A stretch of 63,754 nt of DNA, filler included, from Olpidium bornovanus S191 (taxonomy: Eukaryota > Fungi > Olpidiomycota), in assembly GCA_017911155.1 (NCBI GenBank). It is 31 parts of 31 records of this genome, joined end to end, with 100 filler letters (N's around TTAATTAATTAA, not from the genome) between each part and the next. Parts side by side here need not be neighbours in the genome. Positions count along the whole stretch, not along the records: positions 53,167 to 54,973 come from JAEFCI010005051.1; positions 55,074 to 57,188 come from JAEFCI010011765.1; positions 57,289 to 60,430 come from JAEFCI010001086.1; positions 60,531 to 62,460 come from JAEFCI010009695.1; positions 62,561 to 63,754 come from JAEFCI010006054.1; 26 more parts are not named here. One strand, given 5' to 3'. Below the pieces are notes generated by a model. The model was given only the letters and a program-made list of their open reading frames with translations, did not search any database and was not told the DNA's origin. Numbering within the stretch: position 1 is the stretch's first letter; every line of letters starts with the position of its first letter. Both the position numbers and the translations under genes were made by a program. Shown here one piece after another: positions 53,167 to 63,754 of the stretch.

Positions 53167-54119
53167 ACTTTCGGGCATAGTCCGTGATAGTTTGCACGCC
53201 GTCCAAGAAGCGCTCACTGTACTTTTCATACGGATCGTAACCGTCTATCGATCGGGCCGCTTCCAGCATTGACATCATTGCAAAATCCAATTGCGCTTTG
53301 ATGCGGCCCATCATGTACTCGCCCAAGGTTTCCGGTAGCTCGAGGGACTCGGCAAGTTCGTCCGGGTTATTACTGTGCACGGACGGCATCCAGCGTTTTT
53401 CCTCAAAAAGCTTCAGCGCCTTCGCGAGGAGCTCCGGCCGCAGGAGCACGTTGCGCCGAAGGCGCTGGCGGCAAAACGGGCAAGACGGAGGTCTGTTTGG
53501 TCTAGCTTTTGCCCAAAGTTCAGCAACGCACTTGTCATCCATCACTTGGCCGCAGCTGCAGACGAGCTGGCTGCGTCCGGAAAAATATTTTAGGAGTAAG
53601 GTGGTGAAGTGGAGGAGGAAAGAATAAACGACGGAAGGTTCGGTCAACATCGCGGAAAATTGCCGCGGAAATGGGACGCTTCGCCCTCGTCGGAGGGTGC
53701 CGGCCAGGGGAGGGGAAAGGGGGGGGGTTTGGAAGAGGGACAAAAGACGACCACCGCCTGTGTACCTACACCGTGTTGTGGTGCATGCTGTCATAGCAGA
53801 TCGGGCACTCGGCGACCTCGCGGAATATCGCTCTGGCGTTCGGTGCACCGCCGGCGGCTTCCAGTATCCTCCGCTCGGAAACGGCGACGAGGGGGAACGG
53901 GTACGTGGCCAACTCGGCTACTTCATTGCAGTCGAGGGGGACGGGCAGCTCCGAGGCGTCCTCGAACTCCTCGTTGGTCATGGCCACGGGCAGCGGCGCG
54001 CAGGAGTCGCCGTTCGGCGGGGCAAGGGCGGCGCCGCGGCCGGGGAGGACGACGACGACGACGGCGACGGCTGCGGCGGTGAGCGCGCCGGCGAGGCGGG
54101 CGGCGCGGGAGGACATCAT
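53167..54119 (-). CDS. Signal-peptide protein with a C4C4-like (Not4-type) RING finger; exons 54119-53770 and 53570-53167 (3' truncated)
   Basis: N-terminus MSSRAARLAGALTAAAVAVVVVVLPGRGAALA. The spliced RING reads CPICYDSMHHNTV-QLVCSCGQVMDDKCVAELW..PSCPFCRQ. The intron GTAGGT..ACGCAG keeps the phase. Confidence 0.75.
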
Positions 54120-54719
54120 GGAGGGCGTGTCGCGGCGCGGTCGCGGGCGTTGCCGTGGGGACGTCCGGTGGAACAGGAGACGAAACCAGGGATCGACCGT
54201 GGTCGGCTTGAACCGCGCTGGGTGATGAACGGAAAGCGAAAAGAATCATCGCCGTTCTTTTTACTCGTAGCACGCGTCCGGACGCCGGGACCCGGGGGAC
54301 CGGGGGGCCAAACGATGCCACGCTGGCCCGCTTCCCCGGGGGCTCCCTCGCCCGTGCGGGGCCAAACGACGCCACGTTGTCCCCCGCTCCCCGCTTCTCC
54401 CCCCCCCCGACCCCGCACCCCCCCACACGTTCCCCGCCCTACCCCTCCTTCGCCCCACGGTCCACGTGGGCAAACGAGAAGTCCCCTGGCAACCCTCGTC
54501 CTCCCCTTTCCCCTCCTGGCAAAAAATGATCTCCCGGCATCCGCCATTTCGCACGTCCCGCCCGTCTCGCCCGTCCGCTGTCCCTCGCCCCTCCCGTCGG
54601 CCCCCCTCCCGTCCCGCCTGTCACCGCCCGTCCTGCCCGTCGCCCCCCGTCCCGCCCGTCCCGACTGTCCAAAACTCAGGGTTCTGACCAAACGCGTACG
54701 CGTGAACATGATTCGCGCA

Positions 54720-54928
54720 TAGCAAAAAATCGCAAAAAGAAGCTCCGCGCGCAAAAAAATTGCAAAAAAGATCCGCGCGTCCCAAAAAAAAAGTTCCGCG
54801 CGCAGAAATCACAAAAAAAGCTCCCCGAGCAAATAAAAAGCTCCACGCGCAAAAAAAAAAAAGATTCGCGCGCAAAAAAAAATCCACCTGCAAAAAAAAA
54901 AATCTGCGCGCGCGCATCGCCGAAAATC

Positions 54929-54935
<7 letters not shown>
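54720..54935. repeat. Imperfect tandem repeat of A-tract plus (T)CCGCGCGC units
   Basis: About eight variable units such as AAAAAGAAGCTCCGCGCGC, AAAAAAGATCCGCGCGT and AAAAAGCTCCACGCGC. Confidence 0.6.
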
Positions 54936-54973
<38 letters not shown>

Positions 54974-55153
54974 NNNNNNNNNNNNNNNNNNNNNNNNNNN
55001 NNNNNNNNNNNNNNNNNTTAATTAATTAANNNNNNNNNNNNNNNNNNNNNNNNNNNNNNNNNNNNNNNNNNNNAAAAAAAAAGGTGTGAGAGAGAAAACG
55101 TGCTTCCCCCCTCCTCCTCCTCCTCCTCCTCCTCCTTCTTCTTCACCCGCGAT

Positions 55154-57188
55154 ATGCTGCGAGACAGGCCGCCCGAGGAGCCCCTCGCTGCGCCGCATCC
55201 TCGCGCCTCTTGCCCGCACGCGGGCGCGTTCTCCGCTGCTTCGGCCGGGTGCCGCCGCCGCCAGTGCGACGACTGTCGTCCGGTGGGAGGCGACGTCGAG
55301 ATCGCCCTCGACAAACACCACCGTCGCCGCCACTACCACCACCACCACCACCACCACCACCACCACCACCACCCCTGCGCCGCCGCCGCCGCGGAGCCGC
55401 CGGCCTGCGGTCCCGAGTTCCGCCAGCGCCGTGAGGAGGACTGGCCCCCCTCGTACGTGCCGCCGCCGGCGGCGCACGGCTCCGGGCACGCCGCACCGCC
55501 GGCGGTCGTGCGGGCCGCTCTCGGCCCTTACGGCGACAACGACGGCGAAGACACGCTCGAGCAAGAGTACGCCGCGCTGAGGAACGCGTTCGAGTCGGCG
55601 AACCAGGTGCGGACAAGTCTTTACGGCTCCGGGACCGGCTGAGGAGCTCGTCCGTTTGTTGTGTTGGGGAGCCGCCGCCGCCGCAGGGGGCCAAAGGCGT
55701 ACATATATTTATCGTCCCAGAGCGATCGTTGCTTTGACCTCTGTCATTCCGGATGATGGTGTCCGGTATCCGGTGAAAAGGAGTACGCGAGGATGCGGGA
55801 GCAACTCGCCAGGGACCGCGTTGAGGTCGGAGCCGTCACTCAGGATAACTGGTGAGGAACGGGGTGCCGTCCGTGTTTCCGACGAAACAGCTGGCTCCGT
55901 GTTGCCGGCAGGGCACACTTTCTGTCGGGGTGGGATTTCCCTTCTGATCATGCCCAGGGCGAAACCGTCGTACCCGCCTCGGTCACCCCTGGCGGCGCCG
56001 CGGACACCGCTTTCAGGCCTCTTCTGGATCAAATATCAGCCCAAAGCGTGTCGTCTGACAGCGACATCAGCTTCGACGGTGCGCCTTCCGAGCCGTCGTC
56101 TGAAGATGAGGAAGACTTCCACGGGCGGACAACGCGGGTGCGGGTGGTGCACGTCTCGCTTTCGCCCCCGCCGGTGATGCCGCCGTCGCCGCTTCCGCAA
56201 CCTGCCGCGCAGGTTTGCACGCCGCTGGCTTCCGCGAAGAAAAGGAAGAGCAAATCGGCGGACGGCGACAAGGGTCCGGGAAGCCGAGATAAGGTCAAGC
56301 GGAAGGCGCTGGCCTCGGGATGCAAAAAGACGCCCGGGCCGAGCGGCAGGAAACGGAGATCCGGCGGGGCGAGGAAAGCTTCCTCGCCGCTGCGGAGCGG
56401 AGGCTCCCGGAAGCGGAAGCCGAGCGCCTCCACGGACGGGGCTCCGTCGGAGGACGACGGCTTCGGTGGCGGCACGTCTCTGGGGTCATCGGCTCGACGG
56501 AAATGCGGCGACCCGTTCTCCGCTACTCCGCCGCCGCCGCCGCTGCCGCCGCCGCCGCCGACCCTTCCGACCCGGAAGCGCCTGACCCCAAAAATGCGGG
56601 TCGTGTCGGCCGCGTCGCGGCGCGTGCCCGAGTGGCCGGTCGACGCGGCCGCAGGCGGGCCGGAGCTGCCGCTGCAGATCGGCAGCGTCACCTGGCTGAT
56701 CTCGCTGGGCGAGATCCCAGGGGAGCCCGCGGCCTTTCACACCGACAGGTACATCTGGCCTGTGGGCTACGCCGTCGTGCGGCTCGCCGCGTCGTACATG
56801 CTACCGCACGCGGGAACGTATTATTGTGCGTGGCGGATTTTTCGCGCCGTCTTTTCAAAGCTCTCCCCCCTAATTCACACTGGAGACGCGCGAGCTCGCC
56901 CCGGGCGTTCCGACTCAGGCCCCCCAGCCACCCACCCTCGCCCCACTGATGCGTCGTTTCGCGGCCCTTTGCGCAGGGTGCACGATACTGTCTCTTTCGG
57001 ACGGCTCGGGTCCCGTTTTCCGGATCCAGGCGCAGGACGACCCCCGCGGCACGCCCTTCGACGGCAACACCGCCTCCGGCGTCTGGGCGCTGGTCCTGAA
57101 GCGGGTCAACGCTTTCCGCAACAAGCAGGGGTACAACTCCGTCTCCGGGCCTGAATACTTCGGCCTGTCTTACCCCGCCGTCGCCATG
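55154..57188 (+). CDS. FYRN/FYRC-domain protein (TBRG1/NIAM-like); exons 55154-55606, 55781-55851, 56017-~56815, ~56977-57188
   Basis: LPLQIGSVTWLISLGEI..AFHTDRYIWPVGY (FYRN), PVFRIQAQDDP..FDGNTASGVWALVLKRV and SVSGPEYFGLS (FYRC), with an upstream coiled coil. Confidence 0.8.
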
Positions 57189-57332
57189 NNNNNNNNNNNN
57201 NNNNNNNNNNNNNNNNNNNNNNNNNNNNNNNNTTAATTAATTAANNNNNNNNNNNNNNNNNNNNNNNNNNNNNNNNNNNNNNNNNNNNCGCGGGGAAAGG
57301 GGGGGGGGGGGGGGGGGGGGGTGCCCCCACGG

Positions 57333-57367
<35 letters not shown>

Positions 57368-60300
57368 GGAAACGGTGAAGGCCGTTTGGTCGGCGGTTGT
57401 TGGCGCGCAGGGAGATGGGCGTGGCGGACGCGGGTTATCCGCCGTGCTTCGCGCTCGGACGGCGACGGCAAAAACTCCTCAAGGGCGCGGATTTGGGCGG
57501 GCGCGCGCGCGCGGGGGGGGGAAGGGGGGAAAGAAGGAGGGATATTGACGCCGTTCCGCCAATCACCGGGCGGCCGTGGTGGCGCGTGCGAACAGCCGGA
57601 AGGGGGCGGGGACAGCGAGCGGCCTAGCCCCAGAATCGGACGGTCCGCCCGCCCCTCCGCGTACTAGTGCGGCTTGGGTGGCACAACCGCGAGCGGGCCG
57701 CCGCGCGTCGTGCCTTTTCTTTTTTTTTGTTTTCTGTCTCGGCCGCGGGCCGAAAGCTTGCGCCATCCTCCACGCGGAAGCGGCTGCGAGTTGCACTTCC
57801 TGCATTTCGCCAACAACACAGGCGGCTTTGGTCTTCTTTCTCGGTCTATGCCCGCCGGTGACTCGAGCCCTCACGCGTCGCCGCCCGCACTCGAAAAGCG
57901 CTCTTTTTCGGCGTGTCGGGGGGCCGGCCGTTTTACCTGGCCTGTTTGACATGTGCACTTCAACGACCACCCGCCCTCCTTTTCGCACACACGCGCAAGG
58001 GCGGCGCCGTCAGCGAACGGTGGACCGACGGAGGTACCGACAGCGAGAAATGCGCGGGAGGATGGGCTGTTTGCAGAGGGACGTCACCTGCACACGGTTG
58101 ATGCCGCAGCGTGTGGCGCTGTCGAGTGTTCCCTCGACAGTTTGATCGAGCTTCCACGCGGTCGGTCGCACGAGCTCACTGACGAACCAGGAGACCCCTC
58201 CGGGCCATACCCCGCTCGCCCTTCCTTAGCAAATGCTTAGCAGGTGCTCAGCAGGAGCTCAGCAGGCGATTCCCTGAGTTTCCTGAGAGCGGCGAAGGCT
58301 GGCTCTGGATGCGCTGCGTGTCGCACTTTCCTGCGGACGTCGGCAGGGCAAAGCGCGTTGATGTCGGCGGATGGGGTTGCTGCGCGTCCGTGCGTTGCTG
58401 CGTGTCGCATGGTTAAGAGCAGCGAGAAATCGCGGAGCAGCGGGTAAGCGTGGCACGCTGATGTCAACGAAGGCTGGTTGTGCCGCGTTGAAGCACGGCG
58501 AAGCCGGCTATCCCTTGCGCGATGCGCGTCATAGCATGTGATTAATGGGACTGGGCAACTTGTGTAATTTATTGCGAGATTGGGGGCGCTCATGTGCAAT
58601 TATTTTGTGAATTGGCCTTGCGTTCGTGATTTCCCGCTATTTTTATTTCTTTCCCTCGCCTTCCTACTTGCGCGGCCATTTCCTTTTGCTTTTCCAGTTG
58701 CTGACATGGTTGGCGCCCGTTTGCTCATTTTGCACTTTTCCGCTGTTTGTTTTCTTCTTCTCAGCTCCATTGCCATTTCAGAGTTCAGGTTAAAAAAGAA
58801 GTTTGGAACGCATATTTCCGCTGCTTAAACGCAAACATGCTAATTGTCCTGCATTGATTCCGGCCGCAGCGAACTTGACGTATCCATTGAGGGGTAACAT
58901 TTGCTGTATCAGCTCCCGGAACGCGCTTCCAATAAAGATGCTGTTCCCAAAAGCTTCCTGTTCTGGGAGGCCGGTTTCTGCATTCCCGAGCTGAATTGCG
59001 CTTTCGAACTTAATATTATATCTAATTAATTATTTCCTCCATAACTATATATTGCAATTAGGTTTTCAAAAGTCCCGTCTGGGATGGCATTTGAGTGTTC
59101 CTCGGAAAAAAGGAAAAGCTGCAAAGACTTTCAACTGGCTGTTAGTCAAACCTGCGGAAAAGTGCCCGTCTTGTCCCTCTCGCGTTTTCAATAGGCTTTG
59201 CCGCGCAGTGGTGTGGGGGGTTGGGCCAGAAGGGTGGGTGGGAAGGAGACGTGGATACTGGGGAACTCCGTTAAAATGGCTACTCCCCTTCTTCACCCCG
59301 GGATTTCCGGCTAAAACCGGGGTCTCGGGCGGCGATGGCGGCTCCTTGCGAAAATGTATTACCCGCGGACTGCGGTCCTTCCTGTCCTGATGTCCGCAAT
59401 CTCTCAGAACGAATCGTGCCAATGTGTTGGCTTGGTACGAGGATTGTCAGGGACGCATGCTGGCGATACACATCCATGCGATGGCGCTACAGAGTAACGC
59501 GGTGGACCTTGATTACTGGGCATTAGCAGGTCTGGGGTGTCTGGATGCTCCACCGCCGTGGACATCACAGTCACAAGATGACCTCCAACAATAATTTATC
59601 TTTTAGGCGAGAAAATATTCACTCTTCACGCATTTTCTCTTTTGCTTGGGTAAGAGATATAAAATGTACGAAATGATGGCATTTCTACTCATGCAAGAAG
59701 CCCACAGAAAGCGTAGCTCTTGGGCTCACTTGTACGCTGGTACGGCTGGTGAGGTTCAAGACGACGAAACGCTGGTCAACTAACAGACGTCGACTCCGGT
59801 GTGGTTTTCGCATAATGAATAGAGCCAAAACTACAACTGCATGTCATTATCATGTTGAACTAGGCCCAGTAAAGTTTACAAATTGCCTTTATCAAGCTTA
59901 CCTTGCTTGGCAACTGTAGGCACTGGGCCGCTTGGCGCTGCCTTAGCACTCCATTTTCGGCTTGGGAAAGCAAAAGGCGACGGAAAAGTGCTGGAGAGGA
60001 GACACAGTGGACAGCCGCCAGAGTCAAAAATTTTCTGCGCAAAGCAACCACAGTAAGCCTATTCTTCACAAATAGGTCACTTCATCCGGCCAGGAACCGC
60101 ATGCAATTTGGCTCTTGAACAATACCCACTCCCGTCTCACAGAACCTGCAAAACCCAGAAATCATACCTCATTATTCATGAAATCCAATTATCCTAATCA
60201 CCAATCTTTACCTTGGTTGGCATCGCCTCCTGAGGAACGAACTTGGCCGAAGGTACATTTTGGCTCAGCATATGGATGGGCAATGAGCGAGTGGAGAATT

Positions 60301-60884
60301 GGAAGTGATAGTCAGCTGCGCGAAATCAAATGTGGACGTTTCCCAATGTACTTGCGCAAAGACTGAGCAAGGATATCCTGCACAAGCAGGTCACTTCATC
60401 CGGCCATTCAGGCAGGACCAGGTACCATGCNNNNNNNNNNNNNNNNNNNNNNNNNNNNNNNNNNNNNNNNNNNNTTAATTAATTAANNNNNNNNNNNNNN
60501 NNNNNNNNNNNNNNNNNNNNNNNNNNNNNNCATGATAACGACGTTTTCTCCTCGTTCACCGTTCACCCGGGTCGAGAGGCCACCCTTCTGCGCACGGCCC
60601 CAAGAGGTGCGTCGAGCGTGTCAAATCGCGGGGGGTTAATTTTTTGTTTTTGTTTTTGTTTTTAATTTTCGCGTTCGGTTTGACCTGCACACCGTTGATG
60701 ACCGCGTCATTTTCCATTCCCCCCTACCCCACAAAAAAAAACAAAAAAATAAATAAATAAAAAAGTAAAAAATTACCCCTCTCCCTTCCCCCCCTTCCCC
60801 GCGCCCCCCCACAACACACAGAGCACCCGCCGCCCGCCCTCCACCCGGCGGGCCCCGGTCGGAATCACAATCCTCGCTCGCGCA

Positions 60885-62460
60885 ATGGCGAGGAGCAGAA
60901 AACCCGGCAGCACCGAACGCTCTCCGGCCGCGCCGGCAGCAGCCGCCGGCGTCCCGCCGTCCAACGAAGGCCGAGGAGGACTCGGAACCCGCGTTGTGCC
61001 GGCCGACCAACAACATCACCAACAGCAGCAGCAGCAGCATGCGGCGGCGACCCCGGCTGTGCAGGTGCCCGGTGCCGCCAGAGCAGCAGCGCGCGCCACC
61101 CCACGCACGCCGCCGCCGCAGGCAGCCTTGCTAGGGACGTCGCTGTCGTCACTGTCGTCGTCCCCGCTACCGCGGGGTTTCAAGGACCCGCCGACCGGCC
61201 TCACCTTGCAGGAGAAGGACCGGCTGGTCGCACGCCACCTCGTGACCTCCAGCCGAAGCCAAGGCGGTTCGACATCGCCGGTGAGGGATAGTCGTCCGGG
61301 ATCTGGTTCCCCGAACGCGGCTTCCTCGTCGTCTGCCCGCCGCGGGACCGCCGAAGCGTTTCCCGAGGAGTTCTCCCCGGACTTTGAGGGTGAGGGCACG
61401 GCGTCCACGGAAGCGGGCGAAGCCGCCCGCCGCATCCCCGCGATCGCCATAACCGGTGCGAAGCAGCCCGTGGCGGACTCGAGTCCGGACGACGAGATTT
61501 TCTCGACCTCCCACAAGCTTGTCGGTGGCGCAATCGTCCGGGACATCTACAAATGGCACGAGAAACAGGCCGCCGCCTCGGAGTCGGCGAAAAGGCGGTC
61601 CAGATCGCACACCGATCTCGCGGGCCTGCTGGAAGCAAACGCGGCTTCCGCAGCCGGGCCCAGTTCACTCCCCGGCGCAACTGCGGGCGCCGCGGACATG
61701 GCGCGGGCGACCCTCTCTCCCTCTGACGCCGTTACCGCGTCCTCGATGCGAGTTCCGGGAGGCTTCCGGCGGCACTACGTCCAGCGCCAGGCGCAGGCTC
61801 AGGGGCGCCAGCCGCTCCCGGTTACAAAGAGCTTCTTGGATTTCCTCGCGCTTTACGGTCACTTCGCCGGTACGTCCGCACAATCCTTAACTTGCGAGCG
61901 ACCGAGGAGTATTGCTGCCTTTGGGAACAGCGCCGGGGCCAAGGGGGCGAGAACTGAACTTAGCGGAGGTACCACAGGTGACGACTTTTCCGACGACGAC
62001 GACACCGAGGGAGAGGACGAAGAAGCAGTCCAGGTTCCATATCCTCAGCCCGGTATCCCCGTTCGCCCAGGACGAACGGGCGAGCGCACGCCTTTGATCC
62101 GACGGCAAGCTTCTGACGCGGAAGTTGGCTCGGCAAGTGCGAAGAAAGCCGTCTTCCTACTGCTCAAGAGCTTCATTGGAACGGGCGTGCTTTTTCTGCC
62201 GGTACGCAAACTGTGCGTTGTATTGCAAACTTGCCGCGCGGTTTCTCCTTTGTGCAGATCGCGTGTGACACCCACGCTTATGCACATCAGCGCTCCTTCT
62301 ACAACGGCGGTATGCTGTTTTCCATCGTCGTTCTCATCTGTAAGTCGACCGTTTGACGCCGGCCGGGAAGCGTGTCTGCGGTTGTTTTGGTCAAAAAATC
62401 TGTTCTCACGAACGTGTTCGGTGATCCGCAGTTATCTCTTGGCTCTGCTTGTATGCCATG
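60885..62460 (+). CDS. Vacuolar amino-acid transporter Avt3/Avt4-like, 5' part
   Basis: GGAIVRDIYKW, MRVPGGFRRHYV, SFLDFLALYGHFAG, ERTPLI, AVFLLLKSFIGTGVLFLP, FYNGGMLFS. Confidence 0.9.
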
Positions 62461-63754
62461 NNNNNNNNNNNNNNNNNNNNNNNNNNNNNNNNNNNNNNNN
62501 NNNNTTAATTAATTAANNNNNNNNNNNNNNNNNNNNNNNNNNNNNNNNNNNNNNNNNNNNCATGAAGGTCAGCGCTGGAAAGAATAAGACGGGGCGTGCA
62601 GGGAGTGGAAACCGGTTACTCAGAACCCCTTGATCTTTGGTGCCTCGGAATGGGAGGCGGTGCAGAGGACGCCGGACGCAACGAACACAGCGCTGCCAAA
62701 CCAGGCTAAATGTAAAATTCCCCTCACAACGGAGCTGGCTCTGACGGAGGCCGCTGATTCCGGTGTTTTTTTTTGGATGGAGACCGGTCCTTTCTGATTT
62801 TTTTTTTTTGGCGGCCGCCGATGTACCTCGTTTCCTTCTTTTTGACGGCCGCTGGCGTAGTAGTGCAACCGATGCCGCCCGCCCCCGCCTCCCGCACCCG
62901 CTCTCCCTCTGCGGTTGCCGCGCACTCTCCCTCGATATATGCCCTTTGCCAGGTCCGCGACCTGAGCGGATAGCGGTTTAGCGCAACGAAATCAAGAAAT
63001 CATTGCGAAAAGGGATGCGCCGCCCATTTATTTCCACATCCATGAGCCGCCGGATACCCGAGGCAGAGCCCTCCAACAAGCAAACACAGCATCGATGGCC
63101 GCGCCCCGATGCCGCGCAGCGGTCTCCTCGCCCCGGCTGGGTCCCCTTTCCCCCCTGGGCTGTCGCCCTCTCCCCTCTAGCCCCCCGCGGCCCCTCCGCC
63201 CGCCGCCGCCGCCCGGCGCCTCCCCGGCAATCCACATCCGCGGCAAAATCGACCGTTCGCATATTCGCCGACGAAGGGCGAGCGATGTTTCAAAAGTCCA
63301 ATTTAATTGTTACATTGCATTGCGCATTGGATTGTATAGTTACATCACGGGTGCAAAAGCCAATTTAGAGAAATAATGCAATGTAAGTTGAATTGTAAAA
63401 TTGAACACACTAATATTTTGGGGAAGGACGATGGCGTGGTAGTGCAGTGGATTCGCGGGAGATGGTTTAACTCAGGAAAGTGGGAAGCGTCAGTGGGTAC
63501 ACGTCGCCGGAGACGGTCATAAGGCGATTGCATCACGTCTTTTAGCAAGCTTAGCTTGATGACGCGATTGAGGATGCTGATTCGGACACTGAGCTACCTG
63601 CGGGCACCGACGAGCGAAGTGTTCCCTTCTGCTGACACTTCTTGGAAATTGCATCGGCGTATGCAATGATGTTTCCGTCCCTGTTCTTGAAGTGTGCGGT
63701 ACGGTCATAATCCCCGGCACGCTGAGTTTGAACTGGGTGCCGGCGCCGACCATG

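Overview
This window is not one continuous locus. It is 31 short eukaryotic contigs (about 1-4.4 kb each) joined by 30 artificial 100-nt spacers (N44-TTAATTAATTAA-N44), so neighbourhood across a spacer carries no biological meaning. The DNA is GC-rich and intron-rich (GT-AG, occasionally GC-AG), with long homopolymers. The genes look fungal (AP-2 beta, Avt3/4, Cys3, Ded1-like, PP1, Nop16, Bdf1), yet an inner-arm axonemal dynein (DNAH7-like) is present. The source is therefore most likely a zoosporic, early-diverging fungus; an Olpidium-like organism is my inference and is not verified. Most genes are truncated by contig ends. There are two tRNA genes and several dead LTR-retrotransposon fragments (copia and gypsy). 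I found no CRISPR array, rRNA or multi-gene system. The best leads are: a signal-peptide protein with a Not4-type (C4C4-like) RING, a candidate secreted E3-ligase effector; a DHX9/DHX30-type dsRBD protein; a divergent AAG/MPG-fold glycosylase-like protein; animal-like gp78 and anoctamin genes; an ear-less AP-2 beta; and a strong enrichment of CATG at contig ends (probably technical). All family assignments come from motif recognition by eye, not from database searches.
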